Source: Halorarum halobium
Lineage (GTDB): Archaea > Halobacteriota > Halobacteria > Halobacteriales > Haloferacaceae
DNA: 64,000 nucleotides
Assembly: GCF_032116555.1 (NCBI RefSeq)
Contig: NZ_CP134949.1
Location: 620,001-684,000 of the forward strand
Reading direction: 5' to 3'
This document shows positions 30,118 to 40,733 of the stretch, piece by piece. The translations under genes and the position numbers were made by a program. The first letter of the stretch is position 1, and the number at the start of each line of letters is the position of its first letter. The notes beneath the pieces are model-generated. The model made no database searches. It was not told the origin of the DNA and worked only from the letters and a program-made list of their open reading frames with translations.

Positions 30118-32153
30118 CGCTCGCCCCCCGTCGAGACCACGAGGTTCGCGTCGCCGTCGACCCGCGCCCGCTGGCCGGGGTGGACGACGACGGTGCTCTC
30201 GGCGCCCTCGACGACCGCCGGCCCGTCGAAGGCGGCGTCGGTCGGCAGGCGCTCGCGGTCGTAGACGGGTGTATCGTGCGGGTCGCCGTGGAACAGCACA
30301 TCTCGGGTCTCGGCCACCGCGTCTGCCGGGTCGCCCGCGCGGTCCTCGACCGAGAGTTCGGGCGGCTCGACGACGCCCCGGGCACGAAGCCGAACCGTCA
30401 CGAGCTCCACCGGCTCCTCGCGGTAGGCGTGGCCGTACCGGCGCTCGTGGGCCTCGTGGAAGCGCTCGGCGACCGCGTCGAGGTCCCCGGGACCCACGTC
30501 GTCGCCGACCGGCACCGAGAGGTCGAACGACTGGCCGGCGTAGCGCAGGTCCACGGCGCGCTCGAACCGACGGGCCGCCTCGTCGTGGCCCGCGGCGGCC
30601 AGTTCCTCGCGCCCCTCCCGCTCGAATCCGGCGAACGTCGACTCCAGGGTCGCGGGAGACACCTCCCCCCACCGGCGGACCATCGAACTCGAGTAGTCGT
30701 ACGTGACGTCGCTGATGAGCAGCCCCAGCGCGGAGAGGACCCCCGCGGCGCGGGGGACGACGACCTCGGGGACCTCCAGCGCATCGGCCAGCGCGGCCGC
30801 GTGCAACGGCCCCGCCCCGCCGAACGCGACGAGCGCGAACTCACGCGGGTCGTAGCCCCGCTCGACGGAGACGACCCGGAGCGCGCGCTCCATGTTCGCG
30901 TTTGCGACGTCGAGCACCCCGGCCGCGGCGTCCTCGACGCTCCCGCCGACCGCGTCGGCGAGCGGTTCGAACGCCCTTCTGACCGCCGGCGCGTCGCGGT
31001 CGAGCGCCTCCGGGAGGAACCCGGTCGGGTCGATGCGGCCGAGCAGGAGGTGGGCGTCGGTGATGGTCGGCTCGGTGCCGCCGCGGCCGTAACAGATCGG
31101 TCCCGGCTCGGCACCCGCCGACTGCGGGCCGACCCGAAGCGCGCCGCCCGCGTCGACGGCGGCGATGGAGCCGCCGCCCGCGCCGACGGTGTGAACGTCC
31201 ACCGTCGGCACCGAGACCGGGTAGTCGCCGACCTCGGTGTCGGTCGTCACCAGCGGCTCGCCGTCGCGTACGAGCGAGACGTCACACGAGGTCCCGCCCA
31301 TGTCCATCGTGATGAGGTCAGAAATCCCCCTGCGGCCGGCGACGTGGGTCGCGCCCCGGACGCCCGCCGCCGGGCCCGAGAGGAGGGTGTTGACCGGGCG
31401 TTCCCGGGCCGCCTCGGCTGCCATCAGCCCGCCGTTCGAGCCCATCACGCGCAGCGGCGTGTCGAGCCCCATCCCGGCCGCGCCCTCCGAGAGCGCGCCG
31501 AGGTACTCGTCCATGACCGGCTTGAGCGCCGCGTTCAGGCTCGTCGCGAGCGTTCGTTCGTACTCCCGAATCTCCGGGAGCACGTCCGCGGAGAGCGAGA
31601 CGGAGACGTCGAGCCCTTCGTCCCGCAGCAGGTCCCGGACCCGGCGCTCGTGGTCAGGACGCTCGAAGGAGAACAGCAGCGAGACGGCGACGCTCTCGAC
31701 GCCGGCCTCCCGGAGGTCGGCCGCGACCGCGCGGACGGCGTCCTCGTCGAGCGGTTCGAGCACCTCGCCGCGCTCGTCGACCCGTTCGGGCACGCCGTAC
31801 CGGCGGTCGCGCTCGACCACGGGCGTCGGCTTCTCGGCGGCGAAGTCGTAGATGTCCGGGCGGTGCTGTCTGCCGATCTCGGGGGCGTCCGAAAAGCCCG
31901 CGGTGGTGACGAGCGCGGTGTCGGCCCACTCGCCCTCCAGCACGGCGTTGGTCGCGACGGTCGTGCCGTGGCCGAGGAAGCCGACTTCCCCGAACGGTGC
32001 GTCGAGTCCGTCGAGCCCGGTCAGCACCCCTTCCTCGGGTGCCGAGGGGGTCGAGGGCGTCTTGTCGACGCTCACGCGGCCGTCCCGGACCGTGACCAGG
32101 TCCGTGAACGTGCCGCCGACGTCGACGCCGGCGCGCGTCCCGGTGTCGTCCAT
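30114..32153 (-). CDS. Hydantoinase A/oxoprolinase family protein
   Basis: VDVGGTFTD, HGTTVATNA, SGPAAG, DMGGTSCD, GAGGGS, FGGAGPLH; 4-nt overlap with subunit B. Confidence 0.92.
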   Translation of the reverse strand: MDDTGTRAGVDVGGTFTDLVTVRDGRVSVDKTPSTPSAPEEGVLTGLDGLDAPFGEVGFLGHGTTVATNAVLEGEWADTALVTTAGFSDAPEIGRQHRPDIYDFAAEKPTPVVERDRRYGVPERVDERGEVLEPLDEDAVRAVAADLREAGVESVAVSLLFSFERPDHERRVRDLLRDEGLDVSVSLSADVLPEIREYERTLATSLNAALKPVMDEYLGALSEGAAGMGLDTPLRVMGSNGGLMAAEAARERPVNTLLSGPAAGVRGATHVAGRRGISDLITMDMGGTSCDVSLVRDGEPLVTTDTEVGDYPVSVPTVDVHTVGAGGGSIAAVDAGGALRVGPQSAGAEPGPICYGRGGTEPTITDAHLLLGRIDPTGFLPEALDRDAPAVRRAFEPLADAVGGSVEDAAAGVLDVANANMERALRVVSVERGYDPREFALVAFGGAGPLHAAALADALEVPEVVVPRAAGVLSALGLLISDVTYDYSSSMVRRWGEVSPATLESTFAGFEREGREELAAAGHDEAARRFERAVDLRYAGQSFDLSVPVGDDVGPGDLDAVAERFHEAHERRYGHAYREEPVELVTVRLRARGVVEPPELSVEDRAGDPADAVAETRDVLFHGDPHDTPVYDRERLPTDAAFDGPAVVEGAESTVVVHPGQRARVDGDANLVVSTGGER

Positions 32154-32196
32154 GTCCGGGAGTGAGTCGGGAGGACTGTAGGTATTCGCTTCGCGG

Positions 32197-32655
32197 TCAG
32201 CGGCTCCCGCGGTCGGCACCGAGCGCGACGCCGGCGACCGCCGCGACCGCCGCGAGCGCGGGCGCCTCCACGAGCGCGAGCGAGAACTGCACCGCTCGGA
32301 GGGGCAGTCCGGCGGTCGAGGAGACCGACTCGGGCCGGAGGAGGACGGCGACGCCGAGCGCGAGCGCCGACGCCACGACGCCGATCGCGAACCCGACGAG
32401 GCCGACCCGTGGTAGGTCGGGGTCAGGGTCGCCCGACGCGGCTCGGCCGCCGGCGTAGCCGACGGCCAGCGCCGCGACAGGAACGAGCAGGAACGCGAGC
32501 CATCGGGTGGCCGAGTAGTACGTCGCCAGCGCCGTCGCGGTCGGGTCCGTCCAGGCGAACACGAAGCCGATGAGTCGATCGCGGAGCGTCACGAGGCCGG
32601 CCAGCAGGCCGGCGGAGGCGGGGTATCTGGTGGGGACCACGGCGGTCCAAGCCAC
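32197..32655 (-). CDS. Hypothetical membrane protein (start uncertain; GTG at 32640 also possible)
   Basis: Hydrophobic multi-TM ORF filling the gap, co-oriented with neighbours. Confidence 0.5.
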   Translation of the reverse strand: MAWTAVVPTRYPASAGLLAGLVTLRDRLIGFVFAWTDPTATALATYYSATRWLAFLLVPVAALAVGYAGGRAASGDPDPDLPRVGLVGFAIGVVASALALGVAVLLRPESVSSTAGLPLRAVQFSLALVEAPALAAVAAVAGVALGADRGSR

Positions 32656-32704
32656 GCGGTCCCGTTATTCGTTTCGGCCGGCGGACGAGGTGGAATCGCC
32701 GGCG

Positions 32705-33136
32705 CTACTCCCGGGACCGTTCCCGTACCCGTTCGCGGGCCGTCTCGGGGCCGACGTCCTCGGTGTCGAGCAGGAGGTCGAGCCGGCGCTCGAACTCGTC
32801 CTCGTCGATCTCGCCGTCGGCGTAGCGTTCCCGGAGCCGGTCGAGCGGGTCGGACTCTTCGACCTCGCGCGTCTCGACGGTCCCCCACCACGGGTTCCGA
32901 CGTTCGACGACGGCGTCGTCGTCACCCTCGGTCCGGTTCCAGCCCGTCCCTTCGTCGGCCAGCACCTCCTCCTGGATGACCGCCGACAGCGGCGTGAGGA
33001 GGAACCAGCCGAGGATGGCGACGATCGCGGCCGCCTGGCCGCCGAGCAGGATGGCCGAGAGCGCGACGAACGGCAGCGTCCCCACGGCGAAGATGGCGGG
33101 GGCCGCGCCGACGAGCCGACGGTGGAGGCTGGTCAC
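32705..33136 (-). CDS. SHOCT domain membrane protein
   Basis: Two TM segments plus DPLDRLRERYADGEIDEDEFERR. Confidence 0.8.
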   Translation of the reverse strand: MTSLHRRLVGAAPAIFAVGTLPFVALSAILLGGQAAAIVAILGWFLLTPLSAVIQEEVLADEGTGWNRTEGDDDAVVERRNPWWGTVETREVEESDPLDRLRERYADGEIDEDEFERRLDLLLDTEDVGPETARERVRERSRE

Positions 33137-33184
33137 TGGTGGGGAGTCCGGTCACGGGGCACAAAACCGTTACTCACCGCGCGG

Positions 33185-34951
33185 TTACGTCTCCTCGGCG
33201 TGGCGCACCTGGACGGCCTCGCCGCGCGTCGAGGAGCGCATCTCCGGGCCGGACATGCTTGCCCGCCCGACCGCGAACGCCTTCGGCCCCTCGACGACCA
33301 CCTCGTCGCCGACACGGATGTCGTCGTCGGCGTCGAGGATCCCCGGCGCGAGGACGCTCCCGCGCGGGACGAACCCGTCGATCTCGACGCGTTTCGTCGG
33401 GGCGTCGCTCTCGACCCAGCGCCGCGCGCCGGCGAGCGTGAACGCGAGTACGCCGTAGTTGGGCACCATCGTCGCCAGCTGCTCGCCGTCGTCGTCGCGG
33501 ACCTGGAGCTTCGGGTAGCGGCTGGTCGTGTTCAGTTTCTCGAACAGGTCGTCGCCCGCGCCCTCGCCCAGCATGTAGTCGGCCAGCGCGCGGACCGTGT
33601 TGTGCTGGCGCTCGCGCTTCGAGTACTTCAGTTCGCCGTCGAGCGTCGACATCAGGTTCGCGATGGAGTCGGTCGTCGTGGGGTGGTTCGCGACGGTGTA
33701 CTCGAACGGCACGTCGACCTCCTCCTCGACGCGCTCGCAGATGTGCCGGTAGCCCTCGTCGGGGACGTGCGCGACGACCCGGGGGTACTCGTTGCGTTCG
33801 AGGTAGCGCCGGAGGACGGCGGCGACGAACGACTTCTCGTCCTCGCTCCAGCGCCCGGTCACGACGGTGTCGTAGTGCTGTGCGGGGTAGGTGAGTTCGA
33901 GCTCCTGGGGGACGACGCCGATGGGCGAGGTCATCGACGCGAGGTGGGCGCGGTACTGGATCGCGTCGTGGAACTGCGCGTGGCTCTGGCTCTCCGAGTA
34001 CGGCTTCGTCGCCGAACAGGGCACCAGCACGAGCGGGTTCCGGAAGCGATTGACGTACCGCCCGGTGACGCGGTCGGCGAAGCGCTGGATCTCGACCCGC
34101 CGGAGTGTGTCCTCGCTGGCCGCGGTCAGTTCGGAATCGCGGACGAGGGGCGTCCGCTCCTCCAGATAGCCGTACTGGGCGTCCAGTTCCCTGAACGTCG
34201 CGGTGAGCCACTGCTCGTGGCGCGCCTGCCCCTCGACGTAGTCCCGCAGTCGGCCCTCGCGGATCCGTCGGCGGACCCGCCGGAGTTCGCCCGCGAGCGC
34301 GTTGACGTTGTGCGCCTCGCAGTCGGCGCGGTCGAACTCGGCGCGGGGAACCTGGCAGGCGGGGCAGGCACAGGGCAACTCGTCGAGGTCCGCCAGGAAG
34401 CGCTCGCCGTCGGTGGTGAGGTACTTCCCCTGCGAGCCCTTGATCCGCGCGCGCTTGGCGTCCAGCAGGTCGACGCCGGCGTAGACGAGCGTGGCCGCGT
34501 TCGCGGGCGTCGCGGCCCCGGGGAGATACAGCGCGGTGTCGGCCGGGACCGACTCGCGCACCTCGATGACCGCGTCCACGAACGCCGACGCGTGACCGAG
34601 GAACCCGCCGGCGTCGCTGAGGGCGTACGCGTCGACGGGTGCGGAGGCCGCGCCGGCGGCTCCGGTCGCGTCGCTCTTGACGACCGCCGCGGTCGGCGCG
34701 TCGACGTCCGGGTACTCGACGGCGAACGACTCCACGACCGGGTCGCGGGTGCCCGCGGGGAACGCCCGGTGAGGGAGCACGGTCAGGGCGTCCGCGTCGC
34801 CCTCGGGCACGTCGCGGTCCTCGCCCCAGAGCGAGGCGGCGTCGGCGAGAAGATCGTCAGCTAGAGCCGGCGTCGTCACCGGGGAGGAGAGCCGAAGCTC
34901 CGCGAGGCGGGCGGCGCCGTCCCGCTCGTGGACCTCGAAGTAGTCGGTCAT
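33185..34951 (-). CDS. arcS: Archaeosine synthase ArcS
   Basis: TGT-like N-terminus, CACPAC, LVPCSATKPYSESQSH, TSPIGVVPQELE, PUA domain. Confidence 0.93.
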   Translation of the reverse strand: MTDYFEVHERDGAARLAELRLSSPVTTPALADDLLADAASLWGEDRDVPEGDADALTVLPHRAFPAGTRDPVVESFAVEYPDVDAPTAAVVKSDATGAAGAASAPVDAYALSDAGGFLGHASAFVDAVIEVRESVPADTALYLPGAATPANAATLVYAGVDLLDAKRARIKGSQGKYLTTDGERFLADLDELPCACPACQVPRAEFDRADCEAHNVNALAGELRRVRRRIREGRLRDYVEGQARHEQWLTATFRELDAQYGYLEERTPLVRDSELTAASEDTLRRVEIQRFADRVTGRYVNRFRNPLVLVPCSATKPYSESQSHAQFHDAIQYRAHLASMTSPIGVVPQELELTYPAQHYDTVVTGRWSEDEKSFVAAVLRRYLERNEYPRVVAHVPDEGYRHICERVEEEVDVPFEYTVANHPTTTDSIANLMSTLDGELKYSKRERQHNTVRALADYMLGEGAGDDLFEKLNTTSRYPKLQVRDDDGEQLATMVPNYGVLAFTLAGARRWVESDAPTKRVEIDGFVPRGSVLAPGILDADDDIRVGDEVVVEGPKAFAVGRASMSGPEMRSSTRGEAVQVRHAEET

Positions 34952-35075
34952 GGGCGAGCGTGCGGGGGGAACGGGTTAGGCGCTTTCGTTCCCGTCGGGG
35001 GACATCACCCGCCGTTATCAGAGCCGATAGCGGGGAACCAGCCCTTAACGAGCCCGTCGTCGGACCCTCTCCGTA

Positions 35076-36236
35076 GTGGCAACCGACGAACCAGGAACGA
35101 CGTGGCGGCCGAAGGGTGGACTGCTCGGCGATCGCCTGCGGCAGTTCGGAGTGTTTCCGACGATCGAACCGCCGAACCCGGAGCGAGGGAAGCTCCGCGC
35201 GCTCGCGTGCGGGACGATCTCGCTGAGCGGCGTTGCGCTGCTGACGCCGACGGCCAGCCAGCTGTTCGCGGGCGGAGCGACGGTCGGCACCGGACTGGCG
35301 GTCCTCGGGACGGTCGTGGCGATCGCGCTGGTCGCCGTCGGTGGGTTCCTCTACCGGAGCACGATGTCGACGCGCAACACGATCCGAATCGCCGCCTGGA
35401 ACTTCCTCGGCATCGCGGTGCTCGGGGCGGTGATGCTCGCGCTGTTCGCGTATCAACGGGCGGACGGCGGCGTGGTGCAGTCGCCGACGTTCGTCCTCGG
35501 CACGTTGCTCGCGATCGGTGCCGGCGCACACATCATCATCGGCGTCTACGACGCCCGGCGGGTTCGCGCCGAACAGCTCGCTCGGGAGCGCCGCCGCACG
35601 GCCGTGCTGAACCGGGCGCTCCGGCACAACATCCGCAACGGGACGAACGTCATTCTCGGGCACGCCGAGCTCCTGGTCGACGCCGTCGATGACGGGACCG
35701 CCGCGGCCGACTCCGCCGAAACGCTCCGAACGCGTGCCGATTCCATCAACGACCTCGCCGACAAGGCGAGAGAGATGGCGCTGTACACGGAACGGCCGAC
35801 TGACGCGGTGGCGACCGAGGCCGCGGAGATCGTCGCTGGCGCGGAGACTGCTGCCGGCGAGGCGAACGACGAGGCGACGGTCGCCGACGGCACCGTCGAC
35901 GACGTTCTGGTCGAGGACGACGGCCGGATCGCGCTCGCGGTCAAGGAGCTCGTGGAGAACGCGGCGCTCCACGGCGGGGCGGCGCCGACCGTCGAGGTTC
36001 GGGGACGAGCGACCGACGGCTGGTCGGAGTTCACCGTCGTCGACGACGGACCGGGTGTTCCCCCGAGCGAACGGGAGGTCGTGCTCGGTGACCGCGACCT
36101 CACGGCGGTCGAACACGGGAGCGGACTCGGCCTCTGGATCGCGCGCGCCGTCGCGGAAACGATCGACGGGGAGTTCACGCTCGGCGACGGACCGGACGGT
36201 GGAACGGTTGCGACGCTGCGCGTCCCTGCAGCCTGA
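35076..36236 (+). CDS. Membrane sensor histidine kinase (no partner regulator in window)
   Basis: Several TMs, VLNRALRHNIRN H-box, ELVENAALH, DDGPG, HGSGLGLW. Confidence 0.88.
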   Translation: MATDEPGTTWRPKGGLLGDRLRQFGVFPTIEPPNPERGKLRALACGTISLSGVALLTPTASQLFAGGATVGTGLAVLGTVVAIALVAVGGFLYRSTMSTRNTIRIAAWNFLGIAVLGAVMLALFAYQRADGGVVQSPTFVLGTLLAIGAGAHIIIGVYDARRVRAEQLARERRRTAVLNRALRHNIRNGTNVILGHAELLVDAVDDGTAAADSAETLRTRADSINDLADKAREMALYTERPTDAVATEAAEIVAGAETAAGEANDEATVADGTVDDVLVEDDGRIALAVKELVENAALHGGAAPTVEVRGRATDGWSEFTVVDDGPGVPPSEREVVLGDRDLTAVEHGSGLGLWIARAVAETIDGEFTLGDGPDGGTVATLRVPAA

Positions 36237-36269
36237 GTACCGATCCCCTAGCACTACGACCCGCTTCGA

Positions 36270-37754
36270 CTACCGATCGCCCAGCGCCGAGAGGTCCTCC
36301 AGCGTCACCGAGTCGGGGACCCGGGAAAGGGCGGCGTCGTGCCAGCCGTCGTGGGCGAGCGTGACCGCCGAGTCCGGGTCGGCGGCCACGAGCGCGGCCA
36401 CGCCGTCGGCTGCCGCCCGCTCGGCGGACTCGTCGGTCCGGTCAGGCGTCTCCGCGGTCAGCGGGTACGTCTCCGAGAGCGCGCGCGGGAACGGGCCGAG
36501 CGGCGGCACGACGCGCCACACCTCGTCGTACTTGTGCTCCGAGGGCCTGCCGTACTCGGAGAGCAGCAGGCGGTCGGGGACCGAGAGGCGATCCAGGCGC
36601 TCGTGGTGGCGAAGCACCTCGGGGCGGCGGGCGGACTCGTGGGAGACCGCGAAGAACGCCCCCTTGCTGGCGTGGTCGGCCCGCTCCAGCTGCTCGGCGT
36701 GGTCCAGCAGCGCGCGGTAGCCGTCGAGCATCGCCGGGTGCGAGCGGGCCCGCTGGTCGACGAGTTCGAGCAGGTCGCCGTCGCGGACGGCCCCTTTCAC
36801 CCGCCGCAGCTCCTCGAACGTGACGTGGAGGTTGTGCTCGGCGAGGAGCCGTTCCCGCTCGTCCGCGGCAGCGGCGCGGAGGCCAGCCGCGGAGTGCTCG
36901 TGACAGATCGGACACGAGCACGGGAGGTACTCCAGGTCCTCGAGGTGTTCGGTGCCCGACACGGTGAGGTAGCGGCCGTCGCGGGCGTAGAGCGCGTAAG
37001 CCGCCGAGTCGAACAGGTCACAGCCGAGCGCGACCGCCAGCGCGAACATCATCGGGTGGCCGGCCCCGAACAGGTGGACCGGACAGTCCTCGTCGAGGCC
37101 GCGCTTGGCGGCGGCGACGGCGTCGACCATGTCGCCATAGCGGTACGCGTTCAGCATCGGCACGATGGCGCCGACGGGGAACACGTCGAGGTCGGTCGCG
37201 GCGGCCTCGCGGCCCGCCCGTTCCCGGAGGTTCGCGAAGGTGGCCCCCTGGACGGGCGCGTTCACGAGCATGTCGCCGACGTCGACCGCCGCGGCGTCCG
37301 CGAGCGCCTCGGCGGTGGTGTCGAGGTCGGCCGCCGCCCGCTCGCGCGAGGCGTCCGGCGGCGTCGGGATGTCGACCGGCGTCCCGACGTCGCTGCCGAT
37401 GTCCCGCTGAAACGCGAGGATCTCGCGGGTCGTCGTGTCGATCTCGCCGTACTCGGCGAGCTGGAAGCTGCCCGAATCGGTCATGATCGCGCCGTCGAAC
37501 CCGAGCATCCCGTGGAGCCCCTCGCGCTCGGCCCGCTCGCGGAGGTCCTCGTCGTTGCGAATGATGTAGGAGTTGGTGATGAGGATCTCGGCGCCGAACT
37601 CCGCCTCGAGTCGGGCGGGCTCGACGGTGAGGAGGTTCGGGTTGATGACCGGGAGGAGCGCGGGCGTCTCGACGGTGACCCCCGCGCGGGGAACGGTCAG
37701 CTCCCCGATGCGGCCCGCGGCGTCCTGGGCCCGGACCTCGAAGTGATCGCGCAT
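36270..37754 (-). CDS. tgtA: Archaeosine tRNA-guanine(15) transglycosylase
   Basis: [44 protein letters not shown]. Confidence 0.96.
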   Translation of the reverse strand: MRDHFEVRAQDAAGRIGELTVPRAGVTVETPALLPVINPNLLTVEPARLEAEFGAEILITNSYIIRNDEDLRERAEREGLHGMLGFDGAIMTDSGSFQLAEYGEIDTTTREILAFQRDIGSDVGTPVDIPTPPDASRERAAADLDTTAEALADAAAVDVGDMLVNAPVQGATFANLRERAGREAAATDLDVFPVGAIVPMLNAYRYGDMVDAVAAAKRGLDEDCPVHLFGAGHPMMFALAVALGCDLFDSAAYALYARDGRYLTVSGTEHLEDLEYLPCSCPICHEHSAAGLRAAAADERERLLAEHNLHVTFEELRRVKGAVRDGDLLELVDQRARSHPAMLDGYRALLDHAEQLERADHASKGAFFAVSHESARRPEVLRHHERLDRLSVPDRLLLSEYGRPSEHKYDEVWRVVPPLGPFPRALSETYPLTAETPDRTDESAERAAADGVAALVAADPDSAVTLAHDGWHDAALSRVPDSVTLEDLSALGDR

Positions 37755-37843
37755 GCCCCCGAGTTCCCGCGGCGCTTCGGTAAGGGTTGCGTTCGCACGT
37801 GCGGAGGGATACTGTCAAGTGCGACGGGTGAGTGTCGCCTCCG

Positions 37844-38458
37844 ATGGCCGACCCTGACGACTACCGGCTCGCGCAGTACCGGGAGTTACGCGAGGAGATC
37901 AGGGCGGTCAACGAGAAGTCGACGACGACGATGACCCGCGGCATCGGTGCCTGCGGGCTCATCGCGGCCTACGGCCTCTACCAGCCGTCGAGCCGCGTCG
38001 TGATCGCGGTCATCCCCGTCGTGGTCGGCGTCCTGTTCGTCGTTCACGCGCTCAACATGTGCTGGGTCGCGCGGCTCGCCACCCACATCGTCGAACTGCA
38101 GAACAGCATCGACGTCGACGGGTTCGACTGGGAACGCGAGTACGGGATGTTCCGCTCGGACGAGACCATCTGGGAACGCGTGCCGCGGGCGGCCTTCTAC
38201 GCGCTGCTGTGTCTCGTGTACGGCGGGACCGTCGTCGCCGGCGTCAGCGTCGTCGACGCGGCGGAACTCGCCACCGTGTTCGGCACGTCGATCGGACTGC
38301 TCGCGCGACTCTGTTACCTGCTCATCAGCTGCATGATGCTCGTCGCCGCCTACTCGTATCTCGCGGTCGCGGCCTACTACGAACCGGCGCGGCCGTTCGC
38401 CGGGCGGCGGGACGGCGAGGTCGGTGAACTCGGCGAGGACGGCGATTCCCTCACGTGA
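37844..38458 (+). CDS. Hypothetical membrane protein
   Basis: QYRELREEI N-terminus, about 4 TM segments, FDWE motif. Confidence 0.65.
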   Translation: MADPDDYRLAQYRELREEIRAVNEKSTTTMTRGIGACGLIAAYGLYQPSSRVVIAVIPVVVGVLFVVHALNMCWVARLATHIVELQNSIDVDGFDWEREYGMFRSDETIWERVPRAAFYALLCLVYGGTVVAGVSVVDAAELATVFGTSIGLLARLCYLLISCMMLVAAYSYLAVAAYYEPARPFAGRRDGEVGELGEDGDSLT

Positions 38459-38750
38459 GCGTTCGCCATCGACGGGACAGCGCGTCCGCCGTCGGAGCGG
38501 ACGGCGTCCGCTATCGAAAGGGCTGACAGGCGACACGGTTCTCCCACGCGGCGCCGTGTCGCACGACCGCGGGACGCCGCGTGACGTCGGTCACGCCACG
38601 CGACGGTGTGGTTCCGGCTTCATATTTGAACCCTCGTAGCGGGGAGGCCGTCGGGGTCGAGAACCGTCGGGTCGGGAGCGGCCCGGGCTGGAACCGGCGA
38701 GATTGGAGAACGGCAAGGGTCGGAAACGATCGGACCCGATCCGGACCGTT

Positions 38751-39533
38751 TCAGCCGAGCCGGGGGGCGAGGACGGCCGCGGAGCCGCTCTCGGGTGCGA
38801 TGACGAGGGTGACGTAGAGGCTGGTGAAGATGAACGCGTTCCAGATGCCGTGGACGAGCGCGGGCACGACCAGGTTCTCCGTGTACTCGTACACCGTGCC
38901 GAACACGAAACTGGGGACGAGCAGGATGCCGATCGTGACCGCGCGGGCCTGCAGGCCGCCGGTCAGGGCGGTCACGTGGACCACGGCGAACAGGACTGCC
39001 GCGAGCGTGATGGCGACCGGGGCCGAGAACGACTCCCGGAGCCGGTTCTGCACCGCGCCGCGGAACAGCGTCTCCTCACAGGGGCCGATGACGACGAGCG
39101 ACGCGACGATGAACAGCGGGATGATCCGTGGGAGCTGCTGGGCGAGTTCGCCGGCGGTGTTCTCGGCGGGCGTCGCGCCGACGATCTCGGTGACGACGTA
39201 GATGGTGCCGAGCGCGAGCACGAGCACCGCGAAAAAGCCCACGACGACGACGCCGAGCTCGCGGAGCGACGGGACGCGAACCCCGAGGTACTCGCGGATC
39301 TCCGCCCAGTCCATCCCCCTGACGTACCGGAAGTAGGCCAGCGGGAACGCCATGAACGGGAGGTACTGCCCGAAGACGAAGCTGACCGTGAGGAGGACGA
39401 CGACCGACGAGACGCCCGCCAGCGTGAGCACGAACACCGGCGGGAGCGTCAGCAGGAACGCCAGCACCGGCCCGGAGATGCCGAGCCCGTAGCCCACGGC
39501 GAGCGACCGCGATTGCGGGGAGAGCGTGACCAT
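38751..39533 (-). CDS. CPBP (Abi/CAAX) intramembrane metalloprotease
   Basis: GPCEETLFRG, FAVVH, HGIWNA. Confidence 0.9.
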   Translation of the reverse strand: MVTLSPQSRSLAVGYGLGISGPVLAFLLTLPPVFVLTLAGVSSVVVLLTVSFVFGQYLPFMAFPLAYFRYVRGMDWAEIREYLGVRVPSLRELGVVVVGFFAVLVLALGTIYVVTEIVGATPAENTAGELAQQLPRIIPLFIVASLVVIGPCEETLFRGAVQNRLRESFSAPVAITLAAVLFAVVHVTALTGGLQARAVTIGILLVPSFVFGTVYEYTENLVVPALVHGIWNAFIFTSLYVTLVIAPESGSAAVLAPRLG

Positions 39534-39683
39534 ACCGCCACGTCGGCCGGCCGGCCCAAGACGCTTGTGACCGGTCCGAGGTGACGAGCGACCGGCGCAC
39601 CTGCCGCGCGGCGGGTCGTGGCTGTGACGTATCGGCTCGCTCCTGGGACGCGACCGTTCGCCCGCGCTCTCGAAAACGCGGAC

Positions 39684-40652
39684 TCAGCACAGACAGAACG
39701 TCGACCCGTCGAGCCCCTCGTAGAGGCCCTCGGAGAGGTACTTGAGCCCGGTATCACACGCGACCGTCACGACCGACCGGTCCGGATCGCGTTCGGCCGC
39801 GACCCGTCTGGCGGCGGCGACGTTCATCCCGGTGCTCGTGCCGACGAGCAGCCCGTCGTTCCGGGCGATTTCGCGGACGCAGTCGATCCCGGCCTCGCTC
39901 GGGAGCGTCACCACGTCGTCGTACAGTTCCGGTTCGACGAGCGGCGGCGATCCGACGATGGCGGTTCCCTGGACGCTGTGGCTCCCCGCGGTCCCGCCGG
40001 AGACGACGAGCGCCTCCTCGGGCTCGACGAGCGTCACCCGCACGTCGTCGGTTCGGTCCCGGAGCGACGCCGCGGTCCCCATCGCACAGCCGCCGGTCCC
40101 GACCGTCATGACGAAGTCGTCGACGTCCGGCCGCTGGTCGAGGATCTCCCGGCCGAGCGCGCGGTAGCCGTCGAGCTGGTCGGGGTTGGCGAACTGGTCG
40201 GTGAAGTACGCGCCGGTCTCGGCCTCGACCTCGAGCGCCAGTTCGCGGAGGTCCTCGAACAGCCCGTCGTAGGACGTCCCGTCGGGCGTCTCGAACACCT
40301 CGAGTTCGGCACCCAGCGCCCGCATCGACGCGATCTTCTCGTCGGCGACGCAGTCGGCCGTGACGACGTGGAACGGATGATCCAGCACCGCACAGACGAA
40401 CGCCAGGCTCGATCCGGTGCTGCCGCCGGTGAACTCGACGACGGGCTCGCCGGGCCGGAGTTCGCCGTCCGCACGCGCGTTCTCGATCATGGCGAGCGCC
40501 ATCCGGTCCTTCAGGCTCCCGGTCGGGTTCGCTCCCTCCCACTTCACGTGGATCGACGCGCCGCCGTCGGGCCGCATCGACGGGAGTTCGACGAGTGGCG
40601 TGTCACCGATCGCGGAGAGCGTGCCGTCGCCGGCAGGACCAGGATCTTGCAT
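39684..40652 (-). CDS. PLP-dependent cysteine synthase family protein
   Basis: IGDTPLV, NPTGSLKDR, GTGGC, GTSTG, CDTGLKYLS. Confidence 0.88.
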   Translation of the reverse strand: MQDPGPAGDGTLSAIGDTPLVELPSMRPDGGASIHVKWEGANPTGSLKDRMALAMIENARADGELRPGEPVVEFTGGSTGSSLAFVCAVLDHPFHVVTADCVADEKIASMRALGAELEVFETPDGTSYDGLFEDLRELALEVEAETGAYFTDQFANPDQLDGYRALGREILDQRPDVDDFVMTVGTGGCAMGTAASLRDRTDDVRVTLVEPEEALVVSGGTAGSHSVQGTAIVGSPPLVEPELYDDVVTLPSEAGIDCVREIARNDGLLVGTSTGMNVAAARRVAAERDPDRSVVTVACDTGLKYLSEGLYEGLDGSTFCLC

Positions 40653-40733
40653 CGAGTGGGTGTGAGGACTCCGCCGTGGATAAAGCTAGATGACCGGACA
40701 CTCGCCGCCGGCCGCCGTCCGCACCTCGAAGCC

